Shown: positions 28,782-38,406 of the stretch, piece after piece
Position numbering within the stretch: position 1 is the stretch's first letter
Layout of the letters: every line of letters starts with the position of its first letter
IMG/VR virus record: IMGVR_UViG_3300044712_000810
Location: 186,001 to 250,000 of that record
DNA length: 64,000 nucleotides
Reading direction: 5' to 3' (one strand)
The notes under the pieces: model-generated
Told to the model about the DNA's origin: nothing
Database searches by the model: none
What the model saw: only the letters and a program-made list of their open reading frames with translations
Program-made: the position numbers and the translations under genes

Positions 28782-28795
28782 TTTTTATCTCCAGA

Positions 28796-29443
28796 TTATA
28801 CATTTTCAAGATCAGATCTTGTAATTGAAGGAACTCCTTCAAGTTCTGCACCTGTGATTGCATTTAAATATACATTATAGGAATTTTCAATTGCGGCAAA
28901 GTCTGTACTTGTTTTAATAAAATCAAATACATTAAGTGCGTATTTATATACTTTAAATGTATAGTAGAAACGATCCATATTATTAATATGTTCTTCTAGT
29001 GCATTGATTGCCTCAATATTTCCACTTTGTAAAATTTCAGCTGTTTTGATTTCGCGATTTTCATCGGTGACAACATAACCTAAGTTGAATAACTTAGACC
29101 AAGACATAAGATATGCCCAAAAATAAGCCATACCCATTGGTCCAGTTGCCATTTGCATATGATCATAAATCTTTTCAACAACTGCACTTTTAATTGCCAT
29201 TAAATTATCACGAGATTCAAAAGTAAAATCTGTAGTGTTACTAACAATTTGACCAGCAACAACTTTTGATTTTAAAATTAATGCATCATTAGTAGGCAAT
29301 TGTGATTGAAGTAATTCAAATACTTCTTGTGAAATCTCAAATGCAAATTGTGTTGAATATTTAAATGATTGATCGACAGTCATAATTGACTGTATTAAAT
29401 ATCTATCACTGTGTTCTGAATTTTTAATTTTTGCAAGATACAT
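28796..29443 (-). CDS. Hypothetical protein
   Basis: AAGGAG SD; 215 aa, helical C-terminal half. Confidence 0.7.
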   Translation of the reverse strand: MYLAKIKNSEHSDRYLIQSIMTVDQSFKYSTQFAFEISQEVFELLQSQLPTNDALILKSKVVAGQIVSNTTDFTFESRDNLMAIKSAVVEKIYDHMQMATGPMGMAYFWAYLMSWSKLFNLGYVVTDENREIKTAEILQSGNIEAINALEEHINNMDRFYYTFKVYKYALNVFDFIKTSTDFAAIENSYNVYLNAITGAELEGVPSITRSDLENV

Positions 29444-29464
29444 ATTATTTATCTCCTTTATTTA

Positions 29465-29968
29465 TTATGCGCACCAGAAACACCAACAGTTTCCATGGCA
29501 ATCACTATGACAGTTACAGTTTCCATGACAGTTACTATGACAATCACCAGACCAGTTACAATCACTATGACAGTTACTATGACAGTCTGAGTGACAGTTA
29601 CTATGACAGTTTGAGTGACAGTTTGAATAATATGCATCACAAACACATGCAACTTCATCGGTATTAACATCAGACTTAATTAAGTTTAATGTAGTACCGG
29701 CGATAATTTCACCAGTAGAAACATTTGAATAACCAGTATGTGTTGCTATTGTTTCTGCTGCACTTCTAAGATTGTTAGTATCTGTTGTTGGAATAATTGT
29801 TCCAACTGTTGGTGACGGTATAGAAGATGTTGCCAATCCTCTACGAGTTTGTTCACGAACAATTGCATTCGCGACTTCAATATATGCGCCAGTTTGAATC
29901 ATACTTCCAGTACTTGTACCATAAGACCACACGGTGGCATTTGATGCACAAGGAGGTATTCTACCCAT
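29465..29968 (-). CDS. Protein with C-terminal (CHxx)n Cys-His repeat, candidate radical SAM substrate
   Basis: CVCDAYYSNCHSNCHSNCHSDCHSNCHSDCNWSGDCHSNCHGNCNCHSDCHGNCWCFWCA; N-part has repeated G.II....N.(L/I) units. Confidence 0.75.
   Translation of the reverse strand: MGRIPPCASNATVWSYGTSTGSMIQTGAYIEVANAIVREQTRRGLATSSIPSPTVGTIIPTTDTNNLRSAAETIATHTGYSNVSTGEIIAGTTLNLIKSDVNTDEVACVCDAYYSNCHSNCHSNCHSDCHSNCHSDCNWSGDCHSNCHGNCNCHSDCHGNCWCFWCA
29488..29625 (-). repeat. 12-bp tandem repeat encoding CHS(N/D)
   Basis: Plus-strand (A/G)TGACAGTTACT-like units repeated about nine times. Confidence 0.85.
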
Positions 29969-31202
29969 TATTATACTCCTTTTTAATATTTATAAATTCG
30001 TTCTTTTTATGTGATATAATTCTATTTAATATACATACACGTTGTTCAACGTTAAAATCATACCATTTATCATAATAATTTTCTTTATTGCTGGCATCAT
30101 ATTTATCTTTATTACATTTTACACAATATAAAGGTGAACAGTCGACACATTCATCATCTAGTTTTGTTGATGATTCATATTTATCATGTTCCATTTTACT
30201 CTTCATGAGATCATTATAGAAATCTAATTCTATATGTGATATCATATGATCTTTTTTATTTGGAGTATATAATGTTCCATGACACTTATATATAAATCCA
30301 TCAATATCTATTGTAAATAAATCTTTACCAGCAAAACAATTACCTATTTGTTTTTTCTCTAGTAACCATGAAAAGAATGGTTTGACATTACGATCCTTTT
30401 CCCAACGATCAAGTTCGAAGTGCATTATCTTATATATCTGTAATTCAAGATTATGTAATGCAAATCTAAATGATTTTTTGTCAAGTGCTGTAACAGATTG
30501 GCCACGTTCTAATGTTGGGCAATAGCCTTTCATTATATGTGGTGCATCAGGGAATGAATTCTGTAAATCATATATATCACAATATGATTCATATACGTAA
30601 TTTACACTTTTTAATGGTATTGTGCTTTTGATTGAATGTACAACGCCATATTTCATACAGTTTATAATATTTTCACGGACTTTGTCGCCGCAGATTCTAT
30701 TGTATTCGTTAATTGGATTACCATCGTAACTTATTTGAGTTATAAGTTTAGGTTCTCCAAATGCAGTCATGTGTTTTGAATAAAAAATCATATTCTCAAA
30801 AATATTTTCTAAATATATTCCATTAGTATATAGTGTGAATTCTACATTTTTAAAGTTTAAGAAGTATCGTAACATAAATTTGATTGCTGGATAATTTAAT
30901 GTAGGTTCGCCACCCCAAAATGTAATATTTAATACATCATAATTCTGTTTAAAATGATCAGTTTTAACTAATTGTTCGAGTTTATAACAAGTGAGATATA
31001 TTTGATCTTCACTAAAATAAAGTTTATCAAAATGTCCTTTCTCAAAACAATAAGAACATTTAGAATTACAGTCATTTGTAAGATTTATTTCAATTGTTAA
31101 ACGTCTAAGATTTGGTTTATTTGTAAATTTTGGTTTTTGATATAAATCTAACGCTGATGATATATATTTACGAAGTTCATCTTTATAATTAAATTCTAAC
31201 AT
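29961..31202 (-). CDS. Radical SAM/SPASM protein (anSME/peptide maturase-like)
   Basis: CNSKCSYC, FWGGEPTL, YTNG, CFAG..DG.IYKCH, C..C....C..C. Confidence 0.9.
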   Translation of the reverse strand: MLEFNYKDELRKYISSALDLYQKPKFTNKPNLRRLTIEINLTNDCNSKCSYCFEKGHFDKLYFSEDQIYLTCYKLEQLVKTDHFKQNYDVLNITFWGGEPTLNYPAIKFMLRYFLNFKNVEFTLYTNGIYLENIFENMIFYSKHMTAFGEPKLITQISYDGNPINEYNRICGDKVRENIINCMKYGVVHSIKSTIPLKSVNYVYESYCDIYDLQNSFPDAPHIMKGYCPTLERGQSVTALDKKSFRFALHNLELQIYKIMHFELDRWEKDRNVKPFFSWLLEKKQIGNCFAGKDLFTIDIDGFIYKCHGTLYTPNKKDHMISHIELDFYNDLMKSKMEHDKYESSTKLDDECVDCSPLYCVKCNKDKYDASNKENYYDKWYDFNVEQRVCILNRIISHKKNEFINIKKEYNNG

Positions 31203-32143
31203 TTCTTAAAGCTCCCAATCTCACTACCTTGATTATTGCATAAGTTACGGTAATTTTTAAAGAATACAGATTGATATGTATTATATTTAGGTCTTGCTCG
31301 AACACCTTCTTGTGGGACTAAATATATATCATTTGTCATCTTTGTAAGTTTAATACATTGATGTTCACAAATAGAACATACTTCCTGACACATTTTGATT
31401 TTGTATTTCTTGTATATTTTATTCATGTAACATGCTTCAAGAATATCTTTCAATTGATATGCATCAGCATCAGGATGATGATTATCTATTTCATTCCAGT
31501 TATGTGTAATAGAAAATCTATGAACATTCGGATAATATTCACACATATAAACCATATCATGAACAATATGATCTATATTTTGTTTATTTACAGTATATGC
31601 AATACCATAACGAATACCAGAATGTTTTAATATTTCTAATGCTTCTTCGATTTCTGATTTAGCTGATTGTTTATTTCCACGCCAAATACGTCTATCAGAA
31701 TGTGGACCATCATAACTAACTTGAACTAGAAATGTACTATTGTGTTTTGATGTAATTCTTTTATTTAATTCTAATAACTCATTGATATATTTCTTTACTA
31801 ATATACCATTAGTTTCTATCATAATATTCAAGTATCCATCTATTTTTGCGAATACTTGTTCCATAGTATATAATATAGTATCCATTCGCAGTAATGGTTC
31901 GCCACCAAAGAATAATAAACCAGTAGGTCCTTTAGTTCCTTCGCGTTTGATTATATTATCAATAAATGCATCAACTTCTTCTTTTGATGCATCGCGTTGG
32001 TAATCACCAAGTTCTTGTCTTTTTTCTTCTTCAAAACAATATTCACATGCTAAGTTACAACGAGTTGTAACATATATAATATTCATTTGGTGGCCGGTAA
32101 TCTTACTAGCATCTTCTTCAAATATTTGAGACGCTTTAACCAT
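31196..32143 (-). CDS. Radical SAM protein
   Basis: CNLACEYC, FFGGEPLL, ETNG, SYDG; short Cys cluster CQEVCSICEHQC. Confidence 0.9.
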   Translation of the reverse strand: MVKASQIFEEDASKITGHQMNIIYVTTRCNLACEYCFEEEKRQELGDYQRDASKEEVDAFIDNIIKREGTKGPTGLLFFGGEPLLRMDTILYTMEQVFAKIDGYLNIMIETNGILVKKYINELLELNKRITSKHNSTFLVQVSYDGPHSDRRIWRGNKQSAKSEIEEALEILKHSGIRYGIAYTVNKQNIDHIVHDMVYMCEYYPNVHRFSITHNWNEIDNHHPDADAYQLKDILEACYMNKIYKKYKIKMCQEVCSICEHQCIKLTKMTNDIYLVPQEGVRARPKYNTYQSVFFKNYRNLCNNQGSEIGSFKKC

Positions 32144-32152
32144 GAATTACTC

Positions 32153-32839
32153 CTACAAATATTTTAACAACTTGTTCTTATTTCCAAGTGTAAAAGTTGA
32201 TGTTTTAACTGCTAAATACATTAATGATACTAGGCGCGGATGTGTTAGTTTTATTTTTGATAGATTTGGTTGAATGATTGTATCAAAATATTTAATAACA
32301 TCATCTTCTACTGCTGTTTTATCTTTACACAGTGCAATAAAGTATGAACTAATTAAATATGATTTACGACTATCTTCATTTATTGTTATTAAATATTTAA
32401 CAATAGCATCAAATCGTCTATTATTAAGTAATATTTTATATTTAATACAATACCTATCAAGATAATACATTATACCATCAAACAATGCATTATCTGGAGC
32501 ATCACCAGACTTAATTATCTCTTCAACATATGATGTTGAAATATCAAAGTTATTAAGATTAACTAGACAAAACAAAATATCATGTAACCAATCACTTTGT
32601 GTGTATTTATCTTTTATTAATGTTTCTTTATTTACATTAAGAAAAGTGAGCGCATCATCAAATTTATTTTGATTTATAAGATCAAAATAATAATTAAACT
32701 TATCATTTCCACGTTTAGAGCTTAGATCTTCATGAATAATTTTCTTTTGCCAATCTTTTAAATATTTAATTGTAAACTTAATAAGTTTATTATATTTACC
32801 TGTATAAAATTCTGATTCATCCATAACTCTATTAATCAT
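32153..32839 (-). CDS. Hypothetical helical protein
   Basis: GGAG SD; 228 aa within the radical SAM cluster. Confidence 0.65.
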   Translation of the reverse strand: MINRVMDESEFYTGKYNKLIKFTIKYLKDWQKKIIHEDLSSKRGNDKFNYYFDLINQNKFDDALTFLNVNKETLIKDKYTQSDWLHDILFCLVNLNNFDISTSYVEEIIKSGDAPDNALFDGIMYYLDRYCIKYKILLNNRRFDAIVKYLITINEDSRKSYLISSYFIALCKDKTAVEDDVIKYFDTIIQPNLSKIKLTHPRLVSLMYLAVKTSTFTLGNKNKLLKYL

Positions 32840-32852
32840 TTTATTATCTCCA

Positions 32853-33437
32853 TTACTTAGTTTGGGACAACTGTTCCTTCACATAAGCGATAATAGCGTT
32901 TACTTCATTTTCGCATTCCGCATCTTGTTCTTTTGTGAGTCGAACCATTGGTCCTTTAATTCTTGCTTCTTTATTAATCCATGTATTCGAAGTGACACCT
33001 TCGTGACCACTTACTTGTAAATATGCTGCAACTTGTGGTGCAGGTTTGGTTTCTGGAATATATTTTAAACTTCCATCAGGATTTCTATCAGCGAATTTTT
33101 TGACCGGCTCTGGACATTGTGGACATCTTTCAACTGGATCATCACCACAATTACATGAACGTTTTTCAGGAACTACCGTTGGTGGTGTTTTTGATGGACA
33201 TGCACTACAACCAACAACTTCATCTGGTCCGTTTTTGGCATTTTGTTCTGCACAATCACACGAACCAAATGCTTTAGTAAATTCATAATTATAATCAAAT
33301 TCTGCACCAACTGTTTTAGCGCAGAAAAACATAATAGTTTCTGACATCATTGGATTTTTATCTTTGAAATACATTGCACCTTTCATTAAACTAGATAGTG
33401 CATCTAACATTTCGTCTGGGATTTGTCTTTCTTCCAT
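32853..33437 (-). CDS. Hypothetical Cys-cluster protein
   Basis: CDC, CSAC, CNC, CPQC in low-complexity centre; GGAGG SD. Confidence 0.65.
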   Translation of the reverse strand: MEERQIPDEMLDALSSLMKGAMYFKDKNPMMSETIMFFCAKTVGAEFDYNYEFTKAFGSCDCAEQNAKNGPDEVVGCSACPSKTPPTVVPEKRSCNCGDDPVERCPQCPEPVKKFADRNPDGSLKYIPETKPAPQVAAYLQVSGHEGVTSNTWINKEARIKGPMVRLTKEQDAECENEVNAIIAYVKEQLSQTK

Positions 33438-34543
33438 GATTTCTGTCCTCCAAATTTAGTGATTTGATCTGTAAAATATTTCTGGAATGGTTCAAAATCT
33501 TTAAGTAGATCAAAAAGTCTTAAAGATTCACGAATAGTAATTTTAGTTACTTCACAAAAACCATCTAATGGTTCTTTAATCCATTCACCATCACACTGTT
33601 TTAATTCCTGATTAAGACATCCTGTCATACAAACAAATTTAACTTCACAATCTTTGCATTTAGGAACAAAATCAGGGACTAATATATCAGGTCTAGAAAA
33701 TAAATCCATATTTTCAGGATACCATTCATTTGTTCTATAATTTAATATAGGATATTTATGTTCATGTGCAAATCTTCCACATGGATATGCATTTCCATCT
33801 GGAAAAAATGATATCATCCATGAACATGCTTCACATGCTCTTATTGATTTATTCCTAGATCCTAAAGCCAGCATAAATTCAAGTTTCTCTCGAAACATCG
33901 TTGGCATATTAGGTATTCCAGATTTCCAATATTCTACTATTTTATCAACTAATTGAGGACATGTTTTATTAAAAGTTTCAACACCTTCGGGTGTCCAACC
34001 TTCTTTAATAAAAGCAAAATCCATAAATGGCCATTGCAATCCTTCAATAAAAAAACGATAGTTGTCAACTAATGTTGACACATTATCATTGGATACCATA
34101 CAACGTGAACGTCCAAATTGTTTAAAGAATTGTATACGTTTCATATATTCAGTAAATGAATCTCCACCAGTTTGTAATGGTCTGTTGGTTTTATTCCAAA
34201 GTCCATCAAAACTTAATGTGAATCCAACATCGTGTGATTTAAGGTAGTCAAACTTCTCTTGATCCATTAATAGACCGTTGGTTGGGAATATAATACGAAC
34301 AATTCTTTCATCTTTGCCATATGTTTCAATGAAATATTTAATCAAATCATATCGAATCAATGGTTCACCACCAAAGAAAGCAATGACGGCAGTTTTATGA
34401 CCATAAACTCGTAAATATTCATCAAGATTAGACACGATTGTATCTAAATCTTCTTTAGTCATGTCATCTTTATCATGCTCAATATAACAATATTTGCAAT
34501 TCAAATTGCATTTTTGTGTTAGAATTACTTGTAATGTTAACAC
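33404..34543 (-). CDS. Radical SAM/SPASM protein (anSME/peptide maturase-like)
   Basis: CNLNCKYC, FFGGEPL, PTNG, SFDG, C..DG.AYPC, CKDC....VCMTGC. Confidence 0.9.
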   Translation of the reverse strand: MLTLQVILTQKCNLNCKYCYIEHDKDDMTKEDLDTIVSNLDEYLRVYGHKTAVIAFFGGEPLIRYDLIKYFIETYGKDERIVRIIFPTNGLLMDQEKFDYLKSHDVGFTLSFDGLWNKTNRPLQTGGDSFTEYMKRIQFFKQFGRSRCMVSNDNVSTLVDNYRFFIEGLQWPFMDFAFIKEGWTPEGVETFNKTCPQLVDKIVEYWKSGIPNMPTMFREKLEFMLALGSRNKSIRACEACSWMISFFPDGNAYPCGRFAHEHKYPILNYRTNEWYPENMDLFSRPDILVPDFVPKCKDCEVKFVCMTGCLNQELKQCDGEWIKEPLDGFCEVTKITIRESLRLFDLLKDFEPFQKYFTDQITKFGGQKSWKKDKSQTKC

Positions 34544-34555
34544 ATATACTCCTAT

Positions 34556-34816
34556 TTATTCACCATGACATGCAGTGTGACAATCTACATAAGGACCCAT
34601 ACATTCACATGTTTCATATTGTTCTTGAATTATTACATCTGATTTTTTATTATGGGCATCATATAATACTACAACTTTGATATATTCCATATGAGGACCA
34701 ATAAGACATTCAAATTTTGTATTTGAAAATCCATCTTTGATTTTCTGAATATAAGCTAACATTTTATCATGCGGCATACTTTTTTTAGGAATTAAAAATT
34801 CAGTAATAAGTTCCAT
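34556..34816 (-). CDS. Small protein with C-terminal CEC...CHTACH motif
   Basis: Ends TCECMGPYVDCHTACHGE. Confidence 0.65.
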   Translation of the reverse strand: MELITEFLIPKKSMPHDKMLAYIQKIKDGFSNTKFECLIGPHMEYIKVVVLYDAHNKKSDVIIQEQYETCECMGPYVDCHTACHGE

Positions 34817-36042
34817 TACAAACCTCTAAATTTTAAATATTCATCACGAAACTGATGTCGATAACAATCATTACAATTCTTACACTCATCAGGAAGTCTT
34901 TCTTTACCAAACATTGCACGACGTAAGTGTTGATATTCTAAACTATTCCATGCACTAAATATATCAGTACATGTATTTATATTTAATTCTTTATCAATTT
35001 CACTTAAATCATTAAAATATTGCAATGTACTACAACATGGTCTAACATTTCCTTTCGGATCAATATTAAACCGTGTCCACGGCGCATAACACCATGGCTC
35101 TTTTATTTCTTTATCTTTTAATTCGGCATAATATTCTTTTATTAAATCATTTATATGCCTATTAGGTAATGTTTTATTATATTTTTGTTTTGGTATTTTG
35201 GCCAAAAAATCTATATAAGGATTAGTTTTTGGAATTTCAATCTTATTTACTTCAATGTTTTTTGGTATTTCATAAACATAAGTATAAACTGAATTTCGAC
35301 GTTCATTTCGAATGAAATCAAGTTCAGTACTACTAAAATTATTAAATGTCATTGGAATATCGCGAACTTCATTATAGAAATTATTTAATACGTATAAATC
35401 TGTATCATCTATTTCATATTTCTTAAGTTCTTTCCAAAATCTACATTTTTGAAGTAACATTGTACTTGCTTTATATTCTTTACATATTTTATAGAATTCG
35501 TCTAAATACATTATACTATATTTAGTTATTAACATACTTAAAATTAAATTTACATTTGGTAGTTCTTTTTTAAGTAATTTTAGATTATATAAAACATTAT
35601 CTAAATTACCACCTCTTGTTTTCTCATATAAATCTTTTGAAGGTGCATCAATACTAACAATCATTGATTTAACATTTTCAAAATGTTTCAATTCGACCGT
35701 ATGAAACAATGTGCCATTTGTAGTTATATGGACATTATTGTTAGCATATGCTACGGTTGCCTGTAATTGTGGGTCAAGAAATGGTTCACCTTCAGCAGTT
35801 ATAAGAATGTGTTCACAGTTTTGTAAGAATGGTAATATTTTCAATTCAAAATTCATAGGTAATGCCATTCTTCGAAAATGACTATTGTCAGTATTTGAAT
35901 ACTTTGAATAATATGGACAATGAACACATCTAAGATTACATTTATTACTAACAAATAACATTAAACTTTGTGGATAACTATATATTATTTCTTTTTGTAA
36001 TGCAATCTCAAATAGATTTAATACTTTTAGTTTATCATTCAT
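34816..36042 (-). CDS. Radical SAM/SPASM(Twitch) protein, paralog of 5087..6337
   Basis: CNLRCVHC, EGEPF, TTNG, CYAPW..RPCC..CKNC. Confidence 0.9.
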   Translation of the reverse strand: MNDKLKVLNLFEIALQKEIIYSYPQSLMLFVSNKCNLRCVHCPYYSKYSNTDNSHFRRMALPMNFELKILPFLQNCEHILITAEGEPFLDPQLQATVAYANNNVHITTNGTLFHTVELKHFENVKSMIVSIDAPSKDLYEKTRGGNLDNVLYNLKLLKKELPNVNLILSMLITKYSIMYLDEFYKICKEYKASTMLLQKCRFWKELKKYEIDDTDLYVLNNFYNEVRDIPMTFNNFSSTELDFIRNERRNSVYTYVYEIPKNIEVNKIEIPKTNPYIDFLAKIPKQKYNKTLPNRHINDLIKEYYAELKDKEIKEPWCYAPWTRFNIDPKGNVRPCCSTLQYFNDLSEIDKELNINTCTDIFSAWNSLEYQHLRRAMFGKERLPDECKNCNDCYRHQFRDEYLKFRGL

Positions 36043-37700
36043 TATTCAAACCTTGTAGGTTTAATATTTAATTGTTTTTGAGCGTTGGTAATATACTCAT
36101 TATCTTTTCGATAATATGTTTTGATAATATCCATAACATGTTGTTTATTTTTACAACATTTATATAATGCGAACAATAAATGTTGTGGTATACCGCGATT
36201 GTATGGTATTAATAAATCAAATGCTGATTTATAAAGTCCTTTTTTATATCTTTCAATTTGATCATAATCAAATCTTTTTGATTCACGATATAAATCATAA
36301 TGAAATGTAACATTCTTTTCATTATTGTCTGTCAATACTTTATCATCTCCATCAAAGTTTTTATGTTTTTTGATAAAGTGTACTGGATCTATAATTAAAT
36401 CATACTTTTCTGGATTTGTGTAAAATTCGCTATTATATGTTAGATAAAAACTATTGATTGCCACTGTATTTACTATTTCTATATTTTTTAAGATAAAGTG
36501 AATTGTTTCACTAGTCGAATGTTCATCATCGTATGGTAAACCAAATATAAAGTTCAATAAAGTCCATATACCAGATTTATGGCACCAATAAGTACCCTCA
36601 AGTATTTGATCTTTAGTAACACCTTTATTAATATATTTTAACATACGGTTATTAACACTTTCTGCACCAAATGATAAATGTCTACATCCGGCTTCATAAC
36701 ACATTTTAAAGAAATCTTCATCAACAAACTTATACTGACATGAATTTGACCAAGTAACTTGTTTCATATTCTTACGAATAAACCAATTACACATTTCATC
36801 AGCAATCTTTCTTGATGGATTAATACATGTATCTTTAAAGAATATATTATTTACACCTTGATCAACTAATCGTTCAATATTATCAAATATATCTTGTGAT
36901 TTACCACGATGATAAGTCGCAGTTGATGAACTACAAAATGCACACTTATTAGTACATCCGTAAAATGTATTAAAAGATGCTTGAAAAAACCAATCAGATG
37001 GTATATTAAGACCTTCTTTTGGTATATTGTAATAATCGAGTATATAATTATAACTATATTTTAAATCTTGTGTATTTTTTGGTAAAATGCTAGACATGCG
37101 ATGTTCTTTATGTAAGCGTCCAGCATTTCCAACTTTATTATCGACTAATAATTGACGTAAAGCTTCTTCATTTGGAATAGTACCAATATGAAGTATATCA
37201 ATAAATGATTTATCTTCTAACTTTTTAATATGTGTTTGTAACATTGATGCGTTATAACCACCAACAACAATTTTTGAATCTGGATATACATACCTTAACC
37301 ATTTTAACAACATGATATTAAGATAACTGGTTGGTGATATATCTATTGTTGGAGCATCTTGATATGATACAATGGATGCTAATATATATTTATATTTTTT
37401 ATGTAGATTTAAATTATTATCTACAATGTTATGTATTTTAGCTGGCCATAATGGATGTTTGAATAATTCTATGGCATTATCAAAATCATGTGGATATTTA
37501 AAATTTTCACAAAAGTTTTCAAATGTAGTATATTTCTTTAATAAATATGCATCAAAATCATAATAATCTATATTATGATCTGATTTTAAATACTCTGCAA
37601 ACATTGCAGGAGCATAATGACTAAACTTTAATGGCTTATATAATGGATTTTCATATGTAAATCTTGTCGGCATTGATAAAATTAAAACGTCCGCTTTCAT
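36042..37700 (-). CDS. B12-binding-domain radical SAM protein (class B methyltransferase-like)
   Basis: N-terminal ~240 aa with KIVVGG; GCTNKCAFC, F.D, AGC..FGAES, FIFGLP; start set at MKADV. Confidence 0.8.
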   Translation of the reverse strand: MKADVLILSMPTRFTYENPLYKPLKFSHYAPAMFAEYLKSDHNIDYYDFDAYLLKKYTTFENFCENFKYPHDFDNAIELFKHPLWPAKIHNIVDNNLNLHKKYKYILASIVSYQDAPTIDISPTSYLNIMLLKWLRYVYPDSKIVVGGYNASMLQTHIKKLEDKSFIDILHIGTIPNEEALRQLLVDNKVGNAGRLHKEHRMSSILPKNTQDLKYSYNYILDYYNIPKEGLNIPSDWFFQASFNTFYGCTNKCAFCSSSTATYHRGKSQDIFDNIERLVDQGVNNIFFKDTCINPSRKIADEMCNWFIRKNMKQVTWSNSCQYKFVDEDFFKMCYEAGCRHLSFGAESVNNRMLKYINKGVTKDQILEGTYWCHKSGIWTLLNFIFGLPYDDEHSTSETIHFILKNIEIVNTVAINSFYLTYNSEFYTNPEKYDLIIDPVHFIKKHKNFDGDDKVLTDNNEKNVTFHYDLYRESKRFDYDQIERYKKGLYKSAFDLLIPYNRGIPQHLLFALYKCCKNKQHVMDIIKTYYRKDNEYITNAQKQLNIKPTRFE

Positions 37701-38406
37701 AAGACTTCCTATACTCAAGCATAATATGTTCACTGATATCTTTTACATACTTACAAAAAGTAGAATATGATAAACCTCTATTTTCAATTTGAATACAATA
37801 ATTCAAATTTCCAAAATGTTTTCGATCATGTGATACTGATATTATATAATTCATTTGTGTATGTCCACATTTATTCATAGCTTCTGACATTAATTGATCA
37901 AATACATACAAATCATATGAACTTGAATAAAAAATTACATATAATACACATCGATTATGACCTTCACATGATGATATTGTCTTCATTCCACAAATAAGAT
38001 TGATTGCATCACATAAAGGTTTAACATTTTTATCTATTTTATTTTTAGTATCGATATTTATCATATAATTTGGTCCAAACAAATCACCACTTGATGTTTG
38101 TTGTGGTAAATATTCACGATATTTAACTTGTTCATCGTCAGTTAATCTACGAATTTTAACATTATCAATACTTTTTAGAAATGTTTCCAAAAATGCTTTA
38201 AGTTTATCACCAAATAGTTCCGAAAATGGTGAAACAAAACAAACATTTTCAAAAATATGAACAAATTCTAAATCTTTATCATAATCTTCAGGAAATTCAC
38301 CAATATCAACTATAAATTTATTAAGAAGATCATTTAATTGATCTTTCCATTCATAATTTTCAGCAAATATTACAAACATCCGTCTAAATTCACAAATAGT
38401 TATCAT
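37651..38406 (-). CDS. Hypothetical protein with TYW3/Taw3-like T.SSC.GH motif
   Basis: IDKNVKPLCDAINLICGMKTISSCEGH resembles the D..I..L...IN...TTSSCSGR signature. Confidence 0.45.
   Translation of the reverse strand: MITICEFRRMFVIFAENYEWKDQLNDLLNKFIVDIGEFPEDYDKDLEFVHIFENVCFVSPFSELFGDKLKAFLETFLKSIDNVKIRRLTDDEQVKYREYLPQQTSSGDLFGPNYMINIDTKNKIDKNVKPLCDAINLICGMKTISSCEGHNRCVLYVIFYSSSYDLYVFDQLMSEAMNKCGHTQMNYIISVSHDRKHFGNLNYCIQIENRGLSYSTFCKYVKDISEHIMLEYRKSYESGRFNFINADKIYI

Noticed and set aside
29488-29625. Tandem repeat considered as a CRISPR array
   Set aside because: 12-bp units with no spacers, in frame within a gene; no cas genes seen.
29458-29670. Alternative-frame ORFs over the 12-bp repeat (VTQTVIVT.. 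on minus, HYDSYYDS.. on plus)
   Set aside because: Shadows of the CHSN repeat; only 29465..29968 has an SD and fits the operon.
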